Source of the DNA: Eledone cirrhosa
Taxonomy: Eukaryota
Length of the DNA: 64,000 nt
NCBI GenBank assembly: GCA_964016885.1
Contig: OZ024745.1
Span: forward strand, 26,226,001 to 26,290,000
Reading direction: 5' to 3'
Every line of letters starts with the position of its first letter. The first letter of the stretch is position 1. Below are positions 57,310 to 64,000 of the stretch, piece after piece. The translations under genes and the position numbers were made by a program. Under the pieces are notes generated by a model. It saw only the letters and a program-made list of their open reading frames with translations, was not told the DNA's origin and ran no database searches.

Positions 57310-57900
57310 AGTAGTTTGGTTGGTTGATGACTGTCATGTCAATAAGTAGAATAAATTTCGTGCCAGTTCGCGTTCTTATTATATTTGCCTTCAAAAGAAA
57401 GGGGGGGGGCTCCGATTGTTTTTTCATATATGAGTGAAGTTTGGTTGGTTGATGCAGTCACGTGAACAAGCACATCGGCTTTCGCGCCAGTTTGTGATTT
57501 TGAATTTCTTTTTACTTTTAAAAAAGTGGCTCACGAAGGGTTTCTTTTTATAAATGTAATTTGATTGGTTATAAATTAAATTTTACTGTCACGTGAACAA
57601 GTACATTAAATTTCGCGCCTTTATTTTGGAATTTTTTTGTAGCCATTTAGAGAATTTTGTGCCAAACAAAAGATAATGGTCAAGAAAAAGGGATGGAGAG
57701 AGTTGTTCTGAGTATGACTAATGTGCTGAAATGTAATTTGATTGGTTATAAATGAAATTATGACTATCACGGGAACACGTACATTAAATCTCGCGCCATA
57801 TTAAACTATTTGGGATTTTCTTTTGTAGCCTTTTAGAGAATTTTGTGCCAAACAAAAGATAATGGTCAAGAAAAACGGGATGGAGAGAATTGTTCTGGTT
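57310..57900. repeat. Four diverged tandem units in the pLTR
   Basis: TTG(A/G)TTGGTT...GTCACGTGAACAAG...TTTCGCGCC recurs at about 57315, 57440, 57560 and 57737. Confidence 0.8.
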
Positions 57901-57990
57901 CAGTGAGTATGGCTGGTGTGCTGGGGTGTCAAAATTCAGACTTTCTATTTAAATAAAGGAAGTAGAGATATGTATGTTTATTTGTGTGCT

Positions 57991-58037
<47 letters not shown>

Positions 58038-58393
58038 GAAGATGATTCTATTAGTAGAAATGCGAGAGGGAGTTGTGTGTGTGTGTGTGGGTGTTATATG
58101 TGTGTGTGTATGTAGGTGTGGGTGTATGGTTAGCATGTTAAGATGGAGAGAATATATACATTTTTTGTGTGTGTGTGTAGGAAAATGATTCCGTTAGTAG
58201 AAATGGGGGAGGGAGTTATGTGTGTGTGTGTGTGGGGGGGGGGGGTTTAGCATGTTAGGGTGTTAGAGTATTATCGTATCTTAAGGTTTATTTAGCTCTG
58301 GGTTTTATTTTCGAAAATAGTAGGTGTTATGTGTGTGTGTATGTATGTGTCTGTTTGGATGGTTAGCATGTTATGGTGTTAAGATAATGTATA

Positions 58394-58900
58394 TTAAACT
58401 ATATTTAATGCTGGTCTATATTTTTGAATAAACATATTTTCCTTATTTATTCGTATTTGTTCTGTTGTATTGTCAGCGCAAAGATAAAATGGGAAGACTT
58501 GGAATTTGGGTGTCTTATTACTTGCGCATATGTCTAGATGTGCACTGGGTGGTATCTGTCTTGTGGTAGGGTCTCGTAATTGTTGGCGATGAATTGTCAT
58601 TCTGTTTCTGAGTGTGAGTTTAGTTTTTCCTATATAATCTTCATTGCATCCTTTACATTTAATCGCATAAATAGTGATTTCGGTTGTCTTTTGCTTTTGA
58701 TTATTTCGTGTGTTTCAAGGTTTTTTTCTTCATTCTTGGGTCTTGTTTCAATAGTGGGATGTTCTTGTGAATAATGTAAGCTTCCGCATTTACTGGGTTG
58801 TGTGTTGAGATATATGATAGAATTTTGGACGTACTTTGAATTTGTCTCTTATAAGGCTTGGTATATGTTTGAGAATTGGTTTTAGACACCATAAACACTT
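58394..58900 (-). pseudogene. Penelope-like GIY-YIG endonuclease remnant
   Basis: YISTHNP; IYAIKCKGCNEDYIGKTKLTLRNRMTIHRQQ...HLDIC...KENMFIQKYRPALN. Confidence 0.8.
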
Positions 58901-58994
58901 TTCATTGTTACTTAGTTTATTACAAGTAGGACAAACCACTTATAAAAATAAACAAAAACATTGTTATTGAAAGTTTGGAAAACACGTTTCACAT

Positions 58995-59310
58995 CTGGCA
59001 GAAGTAGTTCGAGTAATTCGGTTCATCTCTGCATTCTGACGGCAAATCCCACCGAAGACAACTTTGTCTTTCATTCTTTCGAAGGTGATAACAAAAAGTC
59101 ATAAATAAAGCACCAATTCTTTACTGGGATCGATTCTTCCTCTGTTTTTCTTTATTACTTCCTCTTTCCTTCTCTCTCGCTCTCTGTTACTTTATATTTT
59201 ACTTGAAGAAATCGGCTAAGTTCAGACTTGGTGAGGGATGAGGTCTTCCAGGTTTAAATGTCCATATCAGGCTGTGTATTACGACGGCATCCTTCGAATC
59301 ATTCATTAGT
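58995..59310 (+). mobile_element. Diverged SINE with the alternative tail
   Basis: Same architecture as 12053-12410. Confidence 0.55.
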
Positions 59311-59429
59311 TAAGATCCACACACTAATGTATATTTAAGAAATTATATTTTAAAATACATTTCAGGAAAATCCTGTTTGAAAGCACTTCAATAAATATTA
59401 AAACTAGATTGCCTATAGTTCCAGAATCT

Positions 59430-59830
59430 ATATTTGTTTCAGAATCTACTATATGGATGAGAATCCTGGTCTCCCAGTGTCGCTCGTTCAAGATGACTTG
59501 ATGTTTCCTATACCAAGGTTTTACATGTGGTCAACATTTCGTGGCAAAGTCACATTACCAACAAATTTCTTTATGTTGACCTTCTACGAGTTTCATCGAC
59601 AGTTAAATGCCACCGCTTGGCCCTTGCTGGTCATGTTTTCCACCACGATGAATCTGTAGGGAAACTGCTTTTCTGGTCACCAGAGGCAAAGCACAGTGTA
59701 GGACGTCCAAGCATAACGATCAAGATTTTATTGGCGAAGGACACTGGCCTCACTGGATGGGAACTTCTTGTTGCGATGAGAAATCGCGAAGTCTGGAACA
59801 AGACTTGTTTCATCTTTGATGGAAGAATGA
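59430..59830 (+). mobile_element. Decayed RTE 3' fragment
   Basis: RVSSTVKCHRLALAGHV...LLFWSP...GRPS...DTGL is homologous to the end of the 16.6-19.9 kb LINE. Confidence 0.75.
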
Positions 59831-61212
59831 CACAAGAAGAGAGAAAGCCTATAGGCATTATTTAAATAACATAAATGATAAATATGAAAGATGTGAGTTA
59901 TTAAGGTAAATTGCATATCAATATTGATTAAAGATATAGGTATGATAAAATCACATGAACATGAAAAGAAAAAGCTGTAAATTCCAACAACTGTGTGGAG
60001 AATATTTTAAACTCTTTTTAATTCAGTAGTAAGACGTAAAGTTAACTAACTGAACAACTTATGCAATACATTCTCTACAGAATCCTTGAGAAATAACGAG
60101 AAATAGCGAGAAAAGACTATTAGAAAGTATAAGAAATCCAACTCTCTTCAAGAAAACTATTTCTCGCAGGGGCGAAATCCATATCCAGTGAAAGAAAACA
60201 TATTTCCGGTAAAGAGAAACCCTTTTATTCATGAAGATGAATCCACTTAACTACATTGATTTCAATGCTAATGCTGATCGGAAGAACAACAAAGGACAAA
60301 TGAATTACGCATAAGAAATGCAGCTAAAGAAATATGGGACCAGACTACGAAGATCCTTGAAAAGGACCTTTAGATATGGCTCTCTTATATTTAGAACGCC
60401 TTAAGTATTAATGCCTCCCAAATATGAACCGCTACGTATTTACTCTGACGAGAAATAAAATAGAATATCTTCTGGAATATCACAGAAAGAAGGAAATAGT
60501 TACAAAATCTCGGATTCTGCCTTCCTTTTTTTTTATTGTGTATTTTAGTTTTTAATTATTTAGTGTAATTATTTGTATGAGTACCTGTAACATATCAAAG
60601 TCGTAAAAAATGCTCTATAACTTTCTCCTCGCGTTGTAATTCATATAAATTAATCATCATAACCTACATATAAGGTAACCCCTATGTTTATAACGTTTAC
60701 CTTATAATATATGTAAGTTTTTGTGACAAAATTTGAAATTTATATTGTTATACCGAATATCCCCAACGTGAAACAAACAAAGTTCCGCATTTTTAGGATC
60801 TTCAATTGTTTTTTTATGGTTTTTAGTCTTCGTTTATGATTTCAACTTTCAGAAACAAGCAAAATAGGTGAGTAGTAGTCAAAGGAGAATTAAGGAAAGT
60901 ACTTTAATTATATGGGATTGTGTTAGCTGCACATGATAGATAAGGCACACTCCTACAAATGTCCTTCACAAGGATGTAATCACTGAGTCATATCCCTCAC
61001 CACTATAAACAATCATATATACACACTTACACATACACATATATACACACACATATATATGTATATAATACTTAGCATCCTTTATGGAGCTTCCTTCACT
61101 TTACTGATTCTCCTGATATGGAGTTTACCGTATAAATAAATAAATATAATGAAACGTATTCCACATTCGACTGTGCGCACACAAACAAGCATGAATGCAC
61201 TCAGACGCACAT

Positions 61213-61310
<98 letters not shown>

Positions 61311-61313
61311 ATC

Positions 61314-61755
61314 GAGAGTGGGGTACAGAGACTGCATCAATGTGTATATAAATATACATATATTTAATAGGTAGGTTGTAAAAATGCTGTAAATATGCCA
61401 GAAAATAGGAATTATGTAAATTGAGAAAAAAGATGAATAGTTTTAATCGATTTTGGGACCTAATTGGGAACTCATCCGAGGGCATGTATATCATCCAAAC
61501 AACAACATATGCAAATTAGTGCATCCATTTCAGTATAATACTAAGGGCGAATGAGTATATATGCTCACCATATGTAAATGTTTCCTTGTGGTTGTTTTCA
61601 TGAGGGCCCATTTAGGTCAAAAATCGATTGAAGGTGTGTATCATTTTTTTTAGTTTACATAGAAATTCGTATTTTCTGCTAATTTTACAGCCTACATATT
61701 ACATATATGTATATTTATATACACATTGGTGCAGTCCTCGTTGTTACCCACTCTG
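61314..61755. mobile_element. MITE with long imperfect TIRs (Tc1/mariner-like)
   Basis: About 160-bp inverted ends: AGAGTGGG...TGCATCAATGTGTATATAAATATACATATA versus TATATGTATATTTATATACACATTGGTGCA...CCCACTCTG-TA. Confidence 0.7.
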
Positions 61756-61959
61756 TATGTATACAGATATACCTTTATGGCACACTTCGGAAGCTGGCGC
61801 ACTTCTTAATATACTTGTAAATGTAAATGTAAAGTACTTGATATATATATATAGAGAGAGAGAGATAGATAGATAGATAGATAGATAGATGGATAGATAG
61901 AGAGATAGATAGATAGATAGATGGATAGATAGAGAGATAGATAGATAGATAGATAGATA

Positions 61960-62105
61960 GATCCCGTTAAGAGAGAAAGCGGCGGTTCTTTTCTTAAACT
62001 TTAATCCGTTCTGATAATATATATATATATATATTAAAATATCAGATTAAAGTTTAAGCAAAGAATCGGTGCTTTCACCCTTAACGGGTTCTTATATATT
62101 CACAT
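61960..62105. mobile_element. Two opposed copies of a short (TA)n-anchored end (also at 43707-43770)
   Basis: GATCCCGTTAAG...TTAAACTTTAATC occurs three times in the window. Confidence 0.65.
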
Positions 62106-62115
62106 TTATTATTAT

Positions 62116-62241
<126 letters not shown>

Positions 62242-62242
62242 A

Positions 62243-62426
62243 TAATAATTGTTTCTACTTTTGACACAAGGCCAGCAATTATCCCAGTGTATTACTGGTA
62301 CTTTATTTTATCGAACCAGTAAGGATGAAAGGCAAAGTTAACCTCGGCGGGATTTGAACTCAGACCATAAAGGGCCGTAACTCTTTGCTACAAAGAATGG
62401 CGTCCGACGCTCTACTGATACTGCCT
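62243..62426 (-). mobile_element. Short-form tRNA-SINE
   Basis: Family match. Confidence 0.85.
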
Positions 62427-63115
62427 ATATATAGTAATAATAATGAATATATAAAATGCGATCAAGGCCAGCAATGCTTTATAGTGTCATCGATTCTAAG
62501 CCTACCGAGGCAACACCCACAACGATTCAATCCGTACACTCATATTTTTTTCTCGCCTTTAATGTCCCATTCTCAAATTTTGTATTAAACACATCACTTA
62601 TTCTTTTATCTCCAGAAACTGAACCTGCTTAGAATTATGTTTGTCCATCAGTCTCTCTTTCTCTCTCTATTTCTGACTGCTCCTTTCTCTAAAAGCAGCA
62701 ATATATAAACGTTCGAATCACTTAACATTAACAGCGACCAATTTGATATGTGTACTGATATTATATATTTGATCAAGTCATGATAATGGCTCGTATTTCC
62801 CCACATGTCCCCACATGCAGAATGACACGCGAGCTTGAAACTAAAATATTCCACTTAAGATATCTAAATAGAAGCCTTTATATTTTGGACATAGGGGTCT
62901 AAACATGCGCCTATGACTCACACTTTCTTTTATATTCACAATTCATGAATACTTACTACCAACTTTCCCAGGAAACACTGATAACGTTGAAACAACATCA
63001 CAAACCTTTTGGTTCTCTATTTAACTTCGTAACTCCTAACTTTGCCTTTCATCCTTAACAACATCACAGACGCACATATATTATATATATCCATATATTA
63101 TATATATCGATTAAT

Positions 63116-63490
63116 TGGTGGATTGGCAATGTCGGTAGAGGGTCGGACGCCACGCTTTGCAGCACAGAGTTACGGCCCTTTATGGTCTGAGTTCAAATCC
63201 CGCCGAGGTTAACTTTGCCTTTCATCCTTACAGGGTTGATAAAATAAAGTACCAGTAATACATTCATATTCATTGCGGTGGATTGGCAGTATCGGTGGTG
63301 CGTTGGACAACCTGTTTTATGACATAAAGTAGCTGATGTTTTCAATCTGAGTTCAAATCTTGCCAAGGTTTACCTTGCTTTTCATCTATACGAGGATGAT
63401 AAAATAAAGTACCAGTAATGCACTGGAGTCGATTTAATCGACTGGCCCCTTCCCCAAAATTGTTGCCCTTGTGCCTAAACCAGAAACCAG
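63116..63490 (+). mobile_element. Two tandem tRNA-SINEs (3'-truncated copy then long form)
   Basis: Copies at 63116-63262 and 63276-63490. Confidence 0.85.
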
Positions 63491-64000
63491 TATTTATTGA
63501 AGTGCTTTCAAACCGGGCTTTTCCGAATTGTATTTTTAAATATGATTTCATAAAAACCCTACAGGATACGGAGATGTGTTTAAAACATTTTAAAGCTTTT
63601 AGCTAGTGATTGATTCGTTACAGCCTCTTGTGGACATTTCAACCTTGAGGAGCCCACCCCTCTTCTGACCTGAACATATCCGATTTTTCTGAGTGAAAAA
63701 GAAATTGAGAGCGAGAGAGAGGGGGGGGGGGGCGGAATCGACCCCAGTAAAAGACTACTACTTTATCTATGACTCTTTCTCGACATCAAAATAATGAAAA
63801 ACAAAGTTGACCTCGGTTTGATTTGATATCAGAATGAGGTGAGCCAAATACCACGACACGTTCTGTTCGATTTTCTAACGAATATCCTGTCAGGATATCA
63901 ATGTTTTCTTCACCTCTGTGCCAGCACAAATAAACCATTTCTCTCTGCAGCACTGACTGTATTAGTTTAAATGGTATGGGTGTTGGTCCAACGATCATAA

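Larger units (their letters stand above)
57031..58900 (-). mobile_element. Penelope-like element (Neptune-type), 5'-truncated, with long 3' pLTR
   Basis: GIY-YIG remnant at 58394-58900, long UTR, hammerhead at 57165, ends in (TA)n. Confidence 0.8.

Overview
Eukaryotic, AT-rich, repeat-saturated non-genic DNA. The tRNA-SINE families and microsatellite density resemble an octopus/cephalopod genome (inference). I found no host protein-coding gene; most ORFs in the track are microsatellite artefacts. Recognisable content: a Chapaev3-like transposase remnant, a near-full-length RTE-group LINE (16.6-19.9 kb), three R4/Dong-like elements stacked in a (CATA)n tract, bipartite non-autonomous RTEs, CRE and L1/Tx1 3' fragments, a non-autonomous Helitron, MITEs and more than 20 tRNA-SINE copies. 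The most unusual signal is a set of roughly ten sequence families of (TA)n-inserted fold-back elements with an 'inverted arm + arm + tail' layout. Two are linked to Penelope-like GIY-YIG ORFs. Several carry minimal type-I hammerhead ribozyme folds, including two unrelated U3-A8 core variants. All calls come from reading by eye, so coordinates of decayed repeats are approximate.
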